A DNA stretch of 63,304 nt, counting the filler, from Reclinomonas americana ATCC 50394 (lineage: Eukaryota): NCBI GenBank assembly GCA_048213135.1. It is 9 parts of 6 records of this genome, joined end to end, with 100 filler letters (N's around TTAATTAATTAA, not from the genome) between each part and the next. Parts side by side here need not be neighbours in the genome. Positions count along the whole stretch, not along the records: positions 43,604 to 50,671 come from PS015940.1; positions 50,772 to 61,521 come from PS015941.1; 7 more parts are not named here. One strand, written 5' to 3'. The notes under the pieces were generated by a model, which worked only from the letters and a program-made list of their open reading frames with translations, was not told the DNA's origin and searched no databases. Positions 44,750-57,200 of this stretch are shown piece by piece (the first letter of the stretch is position 1; each line of letters starts with the position of its first letter). The position numbers and the translations under genes were made by a program.

Positions 44750-46124
44750 TCGTCCACACTGCACCGACGCCGCAGCGAGCGCATCCACACACAGAGCACA
44801 CGTTTTTTCTGCTTCTCCTCCACACACGCACACACGTTCTCTCTTTTTTCACCCGCAGCGCTCACTGTTTTCCTTGTTTGCTATCACACACAAAAGACGC
44901 GCACAGAGAGAAGGATGCACGTGCGTGTCTGTCTGCGCCTCTGTCTGCGTGTTGTTGTCTGCGTGCCAAGACACTCTCCTCTCGCTCACGTTGGCGTCCA
45001 CTAAAAATGCAGAAACAGGCCAAACTCGAACAAACCTCTCTCGGTCGCGGTTGTCGTCTTGCGAGAAGAGGATTTTTCACCTTTATGTGCGCGCGCATTG
45101 GCGTCCGAAGATGTCCTCCCTCCCCCGACTTGGTGTGAGAGGGCCAATGATGGCAGTTGTCGCGCAGAGCCTGTGGTCGCGCAATCGCCGTATATGGTCG
45201 ACTGGTTTGGTGATATCAAAGTTCGGTTGCTGGTCATGATCGACGATTGTGTGTCTCGTCGGCGCATGAAATCACCGCGGTGTGTGTTGTCCATGATGTG
45301 TCGACTGTGTCGACTGTGTGTGTCGATGTGTCTCAAAGGGAGAGTTCATGTTTTGCGTCGCGATTGCGAGAATCCGCCCACTCATGTTCGGATATGGATT
45401 CGTTTATTCTTTTCCTTTGTGTGCAGCCACTTGCCGTGTGCGTCGCCTCTCATTTGTTGGTTTGTGCATCACTTTTAATACTCGCACATATTGTACTGAG
45501 TGCTCGCCGGTGTGCTTGCGCGCAGTGCGTATGCACAGAGTATCGAGTCGCGATATCAATGGTCGGGGCGCGCGTCACGTTTCCCCTCTGTGTTCGGTGC
45601 CCGACTTGATGTGCGGTGACAGGAGGTATAACGACCAATCGCGCACCACTGCACACACACACACTCTGCATGTGTTCGTGAGTGCTGTGAGTGCGAACAA
45701 CGAGAGCGTGATCGCATCCGGAGATAACAGGAGATGAGAGTGGTCGGTATCCTTTTCCAAATGCGGCAGAGGCGAGTCGCCGCCTCACGGTTGAGCCAAA
45801 TCGGGTGCCCCGCAGTCAACCAGAGCGCTGCACGACACTCAATATCACAAGCGCACGCACACACACAGGCGCATGGGGGAAGAGCGTGAGAAGGAGCGCT
45901 GTCTCATACTCACGCGAACTCAGAGTTTGCAATCTTACAATGTGTTAAAAAGTGTACCTCTTTCAACCGTGAATCTCCCTCACCCACTCCTCCCCCTCCC
46001 TCTCTTCCTTCGCTCCTCCCTGCCACACGAGACGAAAGGTATGCATTCTTTAAAAGCGCATCATCATATAAAATCGCATCTCCATAAATGGATAACAAAA
46101 AATCAACAACAACAATCATCATCA

Positions 46125-49100
46125 TCACTCCGCCTCGGCGTCACCACCGCGCTCCACCCACATGAGCCCACCCACGTAAAACATGCGCGCCTTGGACCAC
46201 GCACGCAGCAAATGCTGCCACCTAACAAAAGCAAAACAAGAGGAGACACAACGATGAGCGCAATTGAACTGCCGATATCGCCTCTTTCTGCTGTGTGCGC
46301 CACGCAACGGGAAGAACAAGTCGACACCGAGGGAGCGCGCCACCGAGAGCGCATACTTGGCATTCGACTCGCGCTCCTCCTCCGAGTCGCCCGCCGCCAC
46401 CAAATCCGCCTTGACACACCCCGGACGCACGGCCTCGCACAGCGCCAACAAGTCACGCCCACTGGCCTCACTCAAGTCACCAATGAGATGAGCACCAGTG
46501 GCAGTGGCAGCGAGCTTGTCGTTGGCCCACTGCACCAGTGCCGATTCATCAATTGCCGAGGAGTTTGAAGACGAGGAGGAGATTTTGCGAAGTCGCGCCA
46601 CCAAATGATAGCGCATGAGTTGCGAGAGGAAGCCAAAGATGAACTTGCGGTTGCCGGCGACAATGTCGGAGCCGCTAATGGAGCTGAGGGAGAGATGCAG
46701 GGTTTCCCTGCCGATTTTGATGGCCGTGTCGCACGTGGCGACTTGGGCGAATTGGTTGGTGGCGGCGGGGGCGTCGAGGAGCTTTTGGGGGACGCTGGAG
46801 GGGTGGGCGCGGGCGAGGGCGCGCAGGAGGAGGCGGCCGTCGCGCAGGTCGTCGAGGATGGAGGTGAGGCGGCCGATGTTGAGGCTGCGGAGCCAGAAGA
46901 GGAGAACTGTAAAAAGGGACAGGGATATGGGGGAATGAAGGGGAAGGGGTAAGAGGGGGAAGGGGGAGGTGAGGGAGAAGGTGAGGGGTAATGAAGGGCA
47001 GGAGGTTATGGAAATCGACAAGAGGCATGCAGAGGGGGGAATGAGAAGAAGGGGAAGTGGGGAGCGAGGGAAGGGATAAGAAGGGGAGAGCGATAGAGAA
47101 TTGGGAGTATAAGAGGGGCCGGAAATCGAAAGGAGGCATGCAGAGTGAGGAGCGAGAAGTGGGGGAAGTGAGGAGCGAGGGAAAAGAAGAGGCACAGGAA
47201 TGAGCACTGGGAAGCAGGGATAGAATCACGAGAGAGAAAACGAAGGCGTTTGTGGAAATCGACAGGAGTGGGGGAATGTGAAGAAGGGGAAGAACGTGAA
47301 AAGAGAAGGGAATGGGGAGAGAGAGGAAATGAGAACTGAAGGAGTTTGTGGAAATTCGACAGCAGTGGGGGAACATGGGAATAGAAGAAGGGGTGAACGA
47401 AAAGAGAGAAAAGAGACGTGACTGGGAGTGAGAAATGAGAAGTGAAGGAGGTTGTAGAAATCGACAGGAAATGACAGGCAGAGCGGAGCGAGGGGAGAAG
47501 AAGAAAGGTAAGCGAGGAGTGAGGGAGGACAAGATTGAGGTTGGAGAGAGAAGGAGAGAGGAATGAGAAACAGGGAACGGGAAATTGAACACCAGAGAGA
47601 AAATGAGTGGTGAAGGTTTGTGTGGCAAGGACAAGGAGCGGAATAACACAGAATGAGAGCCAGGAAGGTGAAACGAGGAGTGAGAGAGGAGAAGAGCGAG
47701 GTAGAGGAGGGAGAGAGAGAGGAATGAGAGCTGGGAAGGGGAGGAGAATGGAGATTGTTGAAATCGACAGGAGGGGCAGGGAGAGGGGAACGTGCTGAGA
47801 AGAAGAAGAAAGGGAAGCGGGAGAGTGAGGGCCGAGAAGATTGAGGCAGAGGAGAGAGAAAACTGGGGAACACGGAAAGGGAAATTGAACACCACGGAGA
47901 AAATGAGTGGTGAAGGTGTTTGTGTGGTAATTGACAGGCGAGGACAAGAAGTAACAAGGAATGAGAGTCAAGGAGAAGTGAGGAGTGAGAGAGGAGAAGA
48001 GTGAGGCAGAGGAGGGAGGAGAGAAAACGAAAGTGAAGGGGCTTGTGGAAATCGACAGGAGGGACAGGGAGAGGGGAACGTGATGAGAAGAAGAAGATCG
48101 GGAAACGGGGAGCGAGAGCCGAGAGGCAGAGGAGAGAGAAAACTGGGGAACACGAAAAGGGAAATTGAACACGAGAGGGAAAATGAGGGAAGCCGATTGT
48201 GGGGTAATCGACAGGCAAGAACAAGCAGAAACAAGGAATGAGAGGCAACGAGAAGTGAGGAAAGAGGGAGGAGAAGAGTGAGGCAGAGGGGGGAGAGAAA
48301 GGAATGAGAACTTGGGAAACTGGAGATAGAACGTGAAGCGCTGAAAACCGGCAAGTGACGCTCGGTTAGAGGGAACACGAGACATGAGGAAAAAGACAAA
48401 TGGGAGCGAGGAGCGTGGGAGGAGACGAGGGGAGAAAGGAGTGAGAAGAGGAATCTTGGAGAAAACCAAACGATCGTTGACTTTATCTGGCAGAATTGCA
48501 CCGACAAAGATGGAAGTGCAAGAGACTGCGAGTGAGACATGAGAGAGAACGGAGGAGGGCGATAGGAGAAGAGTGAGAGTGGCAAAGGAAGAGGGGAATC
48601 TTGGTGAAACAAAACGATCGACGACTGGATCAGGCAAGATTGCACCGACCAACAATGTTGTGCGAGATTCCGAGTGAGAAACAGAGGATGAGAGAGGAGA
48701 GGAAAAGAAAGAGATGCAGAGAACAAGAGGGAGTCAAGTAAAACGGTACATGATTGGCAGGATTGCACCAACATGCACGCTTCTGCGAGGGACAACTCGG
48801 TTTTGCAAACGAGAGGAAGAGAGAAAGGAATGCACAAAGGCGATGAGAATAGCTGGATCTGCAGTATTCGATCAACCAGCCAGGTGCGAGATCTCGAGGA
48901 AGGATGCAGAAAAAAAACGGAGGAGGAATACGGAATGACGAGAAATGAAGCAACAGACCGTCTGAGGAAGCGAGAAATACAGAGGAGAAGGAATGCAGAA
49001 TGAGGAGAGGAAAGGAGCTGCATACACCTCTGGCAGCATGGAATCAACCACGAGGTAGCGAGGAAGGATGTAGAATACAGAAGAGAAGAAATGCAGAAAG

Positions 49101-51439
49101 GCGAGAAAAGGAGCTGCACACACCTTTGGCAGCATTGAGTCAAGAGGAAGGATGCAGAAAGAGGTGACTGAGCGCGAGGAACGGCAGTGAGTGCCAGGTG
49201 CACTTTGACTGAGCGAGCGAGCGACAGGAACGCGAAAGAAAAGCAGGAATACAGGCGAGGAAGTATCGTGCGGGATCAGACACGCAGAAAAGGAAGCGAT
49301 TCCGAGTTAGACAACCGAGGAGGAAGGAAACGAAGGATGCAGAATGAGTAGAGGCAGAAAGCACACGACGACAGGTGGAGGATAGACGCAGCAAGAACAC
49401 AAGCGCGAGTGTGTGCAGCGTTCCAAATGTGGATATCAAATTAAGAAATCAACAAAGAAGGAAACAAGTGCGCAGGCAAAGCGAATTGCAGTCAAAGAAA
49501 TGCAACACTTCTCTTCTGTTGTGCTATCCACACACACACCTCGCTCCTCCTCCTCAGACTCCGCGGCAGAGGCGCGCGCACTCGTGCCCGGTGACACCGG
49601 GGCGGGGCTCGACGATGCGGAGAGGGAGGATGACAAGGATCCGCTTGCAGCACTGCTCCCCGACGCACTGCCGCCCAGCTGCATAGAGGCGAGGTACACA
49701 GGTTGAGATACTTGTGCCATGGCGGTTGTCAATCAATATCTCAGCAGGTATTGTGTATTGCGTATCTCGGTTTCTTGCCACCGTCGGTTGTCTCTCACAG
49801 GAATCCTCTCTTTGTCTTTTGCCTCCGTTTCTTGCATGTCTCTCGACTCTTCGACTCCTGTCTGTCTCATTGAGTTCCCAATCATTCTCTCAGTCTCACT
49901 ACTCTCACCACCGCTGTATCCCATCCCTTCTCCCCACTTGCTCTCATCTGCTGTATATCGCTCACACTCGCCTGTCTTCTCTCACCAGCTGTATCGCATC
50001 CATTTCTTTCTCCCCCTTGCTCTCATCTGCTGTATATCGCAGTTCTTTCTCACTCGCTCGCCTGTCGTCTCTCACCACAGCTGTATCCCGTCCTTAACTT
50101 TCTCCCCCCTTGCTTGCTTTTCCTCACATTCTCCATTCTCTTTTCTCTTGCTCTCCCTTTCCCCCTTCCCTCCCTCTCCCCCACGAAACTGCCGGTGACG
50201 CCAGCTCGCCAGCTCCGTACTCCTTGACTGCATACCACCGTCAGTCACACTTACCCTTGCACACTACTTCGTCCGACGACACACACTCACCCGCCAACAC
50301 GGCATCCGGCAGCGCCGATCGCTTCAGCAGCGACTCGACGGTGATGTCGCCGAGCGGCAGGCCGACGCCCTTGGCGGCCTGCACAAAGAGCGTCAGGTTG
50401 CGCTCCCAGCTGCTGGCGTCCTTGGACACGAGGAGCACGCGTTCGTCGAGGGCGCCGGGGATGACGGCGTTGAGGAGCTTGCTGTGGGAGGGGAAGGTCG
50501 AAGGGAAAGTGAGTGGAAAGGGGTGCGGAAGGAGGGGGGGAGGGGGGCGGGGGGGGGGGGGGGGGGGGGGGAGGAGGGGGAGGGGGGGGTGGCGTCGTCG
50601 GTACGGACCGGACGGACGTAGGTACGGTACGGTACGACGACGACGACGACGTACGACGTCCGTACGTTCGTNNNNNNNNNNNNNNNNNNNNNNNNNNNNN
50701 NNNNNNNNNNNNNNNTTAATTAATTAANNNNNNNNNNNNNNNNNNNNNNNNNNNNNNNNNNNNNNNNNNNNCGCGGAGAGGGGGGGGTGGGGGAAGGGAA
50801 AGTGAGTGGATAGGGGCGCAGAAGAAGAAAGTGAAGACGACTGGAACAGGGAATCACAGTCACTTGAATGGTGATGTGAGAGGAGAGGGGAAGAGGATTG
50901 CAAAAACGACCTGCTGCTCTTTTCTTCTCAACCACAGTCAATTGAAGGGAAGAGGATTGTCGAGAAAGGCAATTGACAAAGCGAAGGCACCTGGAGGAAT
51001 GATGAACAAGAGGAAGAATAGAGTGGGAATATCAGAGAAAATGATGCGAGGGGACGTTGCAGACCGGGGAGAGGATTGCGAAGTGACCGGGTGTGCGTGT
51101 GCGAGAGTGTGTGTGGGGGGCGGAATGCGATGAGGGAGAGAGAAAGGATGCAGAGAATGTGAGAGACTGCCACAAAGGAGAGGGCGGCAGAAAGACCGCG
51201 AGGGAGGGGGTGGGGGGCATATGCGATGACGGAGAAAGAGAGAAGAATTGAGAGACTGCCAGACAGGAGAGGGATACAGACGCAAGGAAGGAGAGAGAGA
51301 GAGAGTGCAATGGATGCAGTAAATTGGAGAGACTGCCAAACAGAGGAGGGTTGCAGAAAGACCAGGGGAGAGAATGCGATGAGAGAAAGAGAGAAAGGAT
51401 GCACAAATGAGGAAGGGGAGGGTTGCGAAGAGACGAGGG

Positions 51440-51479
<40 letters not shown>

Positions 51480-53700
51480 AGAGAAGAGAAAGAGGGAGAG
51501 AACGAGAGAAGACGAGATAAGTCAAAGAGGATTAGAGAGGGCGGCAAACATCTGAGAGACGAGAGGGGACACGACAATCTGACTGCCCACGCACCCCAAC
51601 ACAATGCCGTCGCACAGACGGTCGGCAAACTCGCTCGGATCACCGCTCAGAGGGACCCACGACGCCGCGTCGTCACGCGACGACATGGTGGCGTTGACAA
51701 AGGACGAGGCGTCGGCGATCTTGGCGCACACCTCCTCACTGTAGGTGACGGCGTCGGGGCGAGCGCCGAGGCCGGCGAGCTGGAGGGCGGGAGAAGTGAG
51801 TGGTGTGAAAGGAGAGCGAAAGGAAGAGGGTTCATACCTCTGCACGTCGCAGGCGCTTGTTCTCGTGACGGAGACGCCACAGCTCCTTGGTCTGCTCCTC
51901 CACGCGGCGCACGGATTCGGTGGCCACTTCTTGCAGCTGCGGGCGACAGAGGTGAGACGCGGGGAGAGAGTGAAACGGGGAATGACGGGAATATGGCAAA
52001 CCTCTTGAACGGAGCGGTACAGCAGCTTCAACTAAATTGGGGAGAATAAGTGAGCATACAATATGGGGCAAGTGAAGGAAACAATTCAACGCGAATTAAT
52101 CTCCCTCTCCCTCTCTTCTACATTCGACTCACCTGCTCGTAGAGCTCATCCCGCGACGCCGTCACCGTCTCCACCTGCTTCCTCAAGTCTGCAACAACCT
52201 ACTCAGGCAGACGAGTGAGAGTCAATGAGACAAACGGAGTGGGCGGCAGAGAGATTGAGAGAATAAGTGCGGCGACGAAGGCGAATGCGGGAGTGGGAGA
52301 GTCTTGATGAGGGTAGAACGAGTGTAATTGTGGGTGCGGAAGCATGCACGAGCAACAAGATTGCGCGAGTAAGAAACAGCGACTGAGAGAAACACAAGCA
52401 GCGATTGACCGATTGACTGATGCAGACAGTGAAAGCGAACATGCAAGCTAGGCAATGCAACAAGCAGTGCAAGAGGCACAGTTGAAACGGAAAGAATGCA
52501 AAGCAGCGCTTCTCTCGCCTTTCTTCTCCAATATTTACCAAGCACCCAACTGACGACTCAACCAGAGAGAGAGAGACAAATAGAGAGAGAGAGAGAGAGA
52601 AGAGAGAGAAACATCTTTCCCCCTGCCTCCAAGATGCTCTGAGACGGAGTGAGAGAGACGAAAAAAGAATCCTTGCCCCACAGGCAGGGATGAGACGGAA
52701 AGAATGCAAAAAAGCGCTTCCCTCGCCCTTCTCCACAATTCCCCAAGCATCCAACAGTCAAACTCAACCAGAGAGAGAGAGAGAGACAGAGAGTGAGAGA
52801 GAAGCAGAGACAGAGAGAGCAGTCATCTGCAACCTCCGCCTCCTACAAACAGCTGAGAGAGAGAGAGAGGGAGAGACAGAGAGAGAGAGAGAGACACACA
52901 CACACACACAGAGTGTGTGCGTGAGAGAGAGAGACACAGAGAGAGAGAGAGAGCAGTCAACTGCATTCTCCACTTCCTGCAAACAGCTGAGACAGAGACA
53001 GAGAGAGAGAGAGAGAGAGACAGAGAGAGACAGAGAGAGGGAGCAGTCAACAGCATCCTCCACTTCCTGCAAAGAGTTCTCACACAGCGACAATGCACCT
53101 TCTTTCTTCGCCTTCCCTTCGCGCGCGCGCGAGAGCACTCATCACCCTTTGCCCCCCTCCACGCAACTTGCGACTCCTCCTTCTCCTCCCTGCCCACCCC
53201 ACCACCCCTCCTCCTCTGCTCCTCCTCCACCCTCGCCCTCAACTCCGCCACCGCCGCCTCCTGCACCCTCCGCTCACTCTCCCTCGCCTCCCGCTCGTCC
53301 TGCAACGCCGACTCTGCGCGCTGCGCCCTCCCCCGCTCATCATGCACGCGTGCTCTCCACTCGCCCATCTCCGCCAGCAACTCCGCCTCGTGCTGCTGAT
53401 ACTCGGCCACGCGTTGCAGAAGCGCATCGGAGTCGGCGTGTTGGCGATGGAGGCCTTGTTGGTGTTGTTGAGGAGAGTGAGAGTGGGAGGACGAGGGAGG
53501 AGAGAGATGATGATTGTCGCGAGGACTGAGCGCGCGACGCACGCGTGAGGTGATGAGTTGCGCTTCGTGGATGTCTTCTTGTGCTTCCTCGATGATGGTC
53601 TGTGTGTACGCGTGTGAGTGTGAGTGAGAGTGAGAGGGGAGTTTGTTGTTGTGAACCTTTGTTGGCGAGCGTGGTGAGGGTGCGGCGGTGAGGCCTGTGT
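46125..53700 (-). CDS. Fimbrin/plastin-like calponin-homology protein with N-terminal coiled coil (start uncertain, ~53700-54150)
   Basis: CH1-like DRLCDGIVLG|KLLNAVIPGALDERVL...NLTLFVQAAKGVG. ABD2 (CH3+CH4): SEEEER|VLLFWLRSL..DDLRDGRLLL..ISGSDIVAGNRKFIFGFLSQLMRYH..VQWANDKL..NAKYALSVARSLG. TGA at 46125-46127. Confidence 0.85.
46910..49400. repeat. Long purine-rich intron built from degenerate repeats, including a ~300-bp unit in about three copies (~47570-48250)
   Basis: gggaaattgaacac..gaaaatgag recurs at ~47580, 47880 and 48160. gaaatcgacagga recurs throughout. Confidence 0.75.
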
Positions 53701-54284
53701 GTGAAGGAGAGTGTTAGTGTTTGTGAGAGTGGGGAGTGCGTGTGTGTGGACGCAACGTGGGGATGACATGATGTGTGCGCGCGAATTGGCTTGTGCAGAG
53801 TGTGTGTCCTGCATGCATGCAAATGGTGTGTAGTGTGCGGTTTTCTCTCTGTGTGTGTGTTGTGCTTGTTGTGTTCGTGGTAAGGCTGCTGCTGTTCTTG
53901 TTGGTGGTGGTGAGCGAGAGAGGAGAACGTCGAGGAAGTTTATGATGTCGACGTCGTTCGCTGCGTGCAGTTCCGAGCAAGTGTATTGGAGGTTGGGTGA
54001 AGACGTATGGATGGAGGAGACACACTGCTGGTTCCGCGCAGTGGAGGGAGGACACGCGGAGACGGGGACTGTGTTCTTTCATGAATCTCACTCTTGGACT
54101 TTTTTGCGTGTCTCTTCTGCGTGTCTGGTGGGAGAGTGACATTGGAGGGCGCACGGAGCTGGGAGATGTGCTGAGTGCGCCTCCGTTGGCATGGAAGTGT
54201 GCATTCTGACTGGATTTGTCATGTTGTCGTGTTTTGCTCTTGTTGTGCACTTTCACACGCAAGAACACGCTGGCCCGCTCATCA

Positions 54285-57200
54285 ATGTCGCTTATCACTG
54301 ATGAGGAGTTGCGTGCTTCAACACACAAGGCGGCGTGTGTTGAGAGTGCTCATTCTCTTCTTCTCACACACAGGTCCAACTTTCTGCGTGCCACTCGAGT
54401 TGTGTGTGGTGTCGCTGCTCGTGCGCTGCGTGCGCTTGTGCAACGTGAACTGCCAGGATTCGTGCGCAACTGTGCGGCGGAGACGGAGGCATCGCCAGCG
54501 GGGAAATTGGAGTTGATGAAGGAGTGGATGAAGAGTTCGAAGCGGGGAGAGAGACGAGACAAGCGGTGAGTGCCCTGTGTGTGTGATCTCTCTGTGTGAG
54601 GTGTATGTCTGTCTCTCCGCCGTTCTATGCTCCTATCCCTCCGTCCTCTCGCCCTCTGCTCTCTCTCTCTCTCACTGCCTGTCTGTTTCTCAATCTCCTC
54701 TGCTTATCTCTCTCGCACACACACACACGCCCTCCTTCTCATTCCTGCTCACGTACATGAGCGTGTTAGACTTCGTGTTTGTGCCAACGTTTGGATTTTT
54801 TTTTTTGCAGGACTGCAGTTCAAGGGCTCCAGCAGGTGTTGTGTTTTGATTATGCCACGTCTGCTATGGAGGACTGGCAGCGCGCCTTGGATGCGGGCGA
54901 CCCTTGTCCCTCGTGCAGCGCGTTTGACGTTTCGTGGTTGACCACGGTTCTGCTGAACGCGCACTGGACACCGGATGCGAGTGCTGCTCCGCACGATGTG
55001 CGTCATCTCATCGCTGATGCATCGCAGGTGAGACCTCCGCGGTCGCTTGTCTCTCATTCTATCTGCACGCTTACCTGTCGGTGTGCGTGCAGCGCGACGC
55101 GATATGGAAACTGCGCGATGCAAGGAACGACCTCATGCATCGCCCGGACGTGCACCTGTCAGCCGAGAAACTGCTCGACTTTCTTGGCGATGAGCGCAGA
55201 GAAGGACGTATTGTATGCTTGTTGCAACAAGCACAGATTCCTCACGTGGACAGTTTCGAGAAGGAAATCGATACCATCCGCTTTGGTGCGTGCCGCTTTG
55301 TTTCCGTAGTTTCTGTTTACTTTGCACTCACCGCGGCTCACGCACTTTGCTGAATGACAGCTGTGTCACCACTGGGCCAAGCTGTCATGTTCAGAAACGT
55401 TGGCCAACTGGATGGGTTTCCATTCCCCAGCCGCGTCGCGGAGGCTGAGAGACTTGCTGAGCGATTGTTGGAATGCGAGGCTGGTGAGGAGACGGGTGAC
55501 TGCATCTTTTGTGTTGAATCGTTTCATATTGCTCACATGCTCTCCTGCATGGATCTTTCTTACAAGGCGAATCGCCCGGAGTGATTGTGCTCTCTGGCGA
55601 GGGTGGAAGTGGCAAGACGACACTGGCCGAGCTGATAGTGTCGGAGATGGAGCGTAGAAAGTGGCGTGGATCGGCGCTGTACTCCGACATGCGTGGTCAC
55701 ACGGTTGATGAGAGCCAATTCACATCGGTGAGTCGAACTGGATGAAGACTGTTGTGCGTGCACATTGTTTCTGATTCGATTTTTTCTGTCTCGACGCAGA
55801 CGACGGAGGTGCTCTGTAGTGGACTGCGAGGATTCGCCAGTGCCATGACATCTGTGCAATCCAACGCACAATTGTTGGCGGAAATTGAGTCGTGGGAGAC
55901 GGATGGCAATGTGGATATGATGCGCAATCGACTCGGCCACTTCATGAAGGACAGTCGCGGCTTGCTGTTGCTCGACAATGTCGGCACGGGGAAGCAGGTG
56001 CTTGATGTCCTGCGGGGAACCACTGCAGGCGCATTCTCCAGTGCAGGTGTGTGCATTTGTTGGGCTCATCAGTGACCGCATGGCGCTTCTGTGTTCTCGC
56101 GTTTCTCGTTTTTGTCTCTTGTGTGCAGCTCATCGCGTTTAAGTGGTAATATTTCTGGAAGTGCCAACCGTTGTGTTTCACTTTCACGACAGACTCAGCG
56201 CACATGGTCGCCCCGCTGGTGATTGTGACTACGCGGTTCAAGCGAGTTGTCGACGAATTGCAACGCTCTGCCTTGTTGAGCTCTGCTGTGGTGCTCCACA
56301 TGACGGTGGGTGATGTGGAAGCCGACGATGTGGCGCAGTACGTGCGCCAGCAGATTGACGCGCCGGAAGAGATCTGTCGTGAGGTGACGGAGGCGACGGC
56401 GGAGAGGCCACAGGCATTCCGTGTAGCTCTATGTTTGAGGTTCGTCGATTAGTGTTTTGTTAAGTCTTGCTCTCGTTGTAGATTGTTGACTGGGTGCATG
56501 CAGCATGCTCGGACGACAGTCGTTGGAGACGCTGGCCAGCAGCGAGCTGCAGGCACGATTGGCGGAGACGCGAGAATTGGCATTGGAGGAGCTGATGAGC
56601 AAGAATCTGGCGGAGTGCACGCCTCTCATGAGACAAGTGCTGCTCTTGGTTGCAGCGCTCCAGCAAATGCGCATGCATGTCACGACTCGGACAGTGGCAT
56701 TATTGGTTCGGTTAATGGGAGGCGATTCTCATCCAGCGTCTCAAGATTGGCTGCGAGTGCTCGTGGTTCAAGGGAGAGTTGATACGTACAGTGATGACGA
56801 CGGCGATGGTGTTGTTCAGGCACTTGAGTTTCTTCGGCGGTCAATGTTGGTGCAGTGCACGATGTCACAGTCATGCGACACGCTGTATCGAATGGTGGTG
56901 GCTGGCGGAGCATTGTCGCCATCGAGAGTGGAATATGGAGTGCACGACCTCGTGATGGAGTGGCTGACGTCGGGGGATCGTGAGATTGAGCTGTGTCAGT
57001 ATCGTGATGCGGTGTTGGATATAGTTCTGTGTGGACTGGCTTGGGCTGACGAGTACAGTATCGACGATATCATGCTGCACGACATTCGGCCGTGTCTGCA
57101 GCTGTTGTGGAATGGGCTATTGCCGGTGTTGCAGCGTGGAGGGGGCGAGAGCAACACGCCACCTTCTGTGACTAGGATGCGACTGAACGGCGTGTCAAAA

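Noticed and set aside
44860..46100. Several 60-140 aa ORFs between the homeobox and fimbrin genes
   Set aside because: No coherent exon chain, codon bias or motif was found, so the region is treated as intergenic.
46675..49203. Long S/L/F/P-rich or R/E/G-rich ORFs (also at 8255-9377, 10537-11754, 13682-15126 and 28645-30914)
   Set aside because: They are translations of low-complexity CT/GA intron tracts or N gaps, not proteins.
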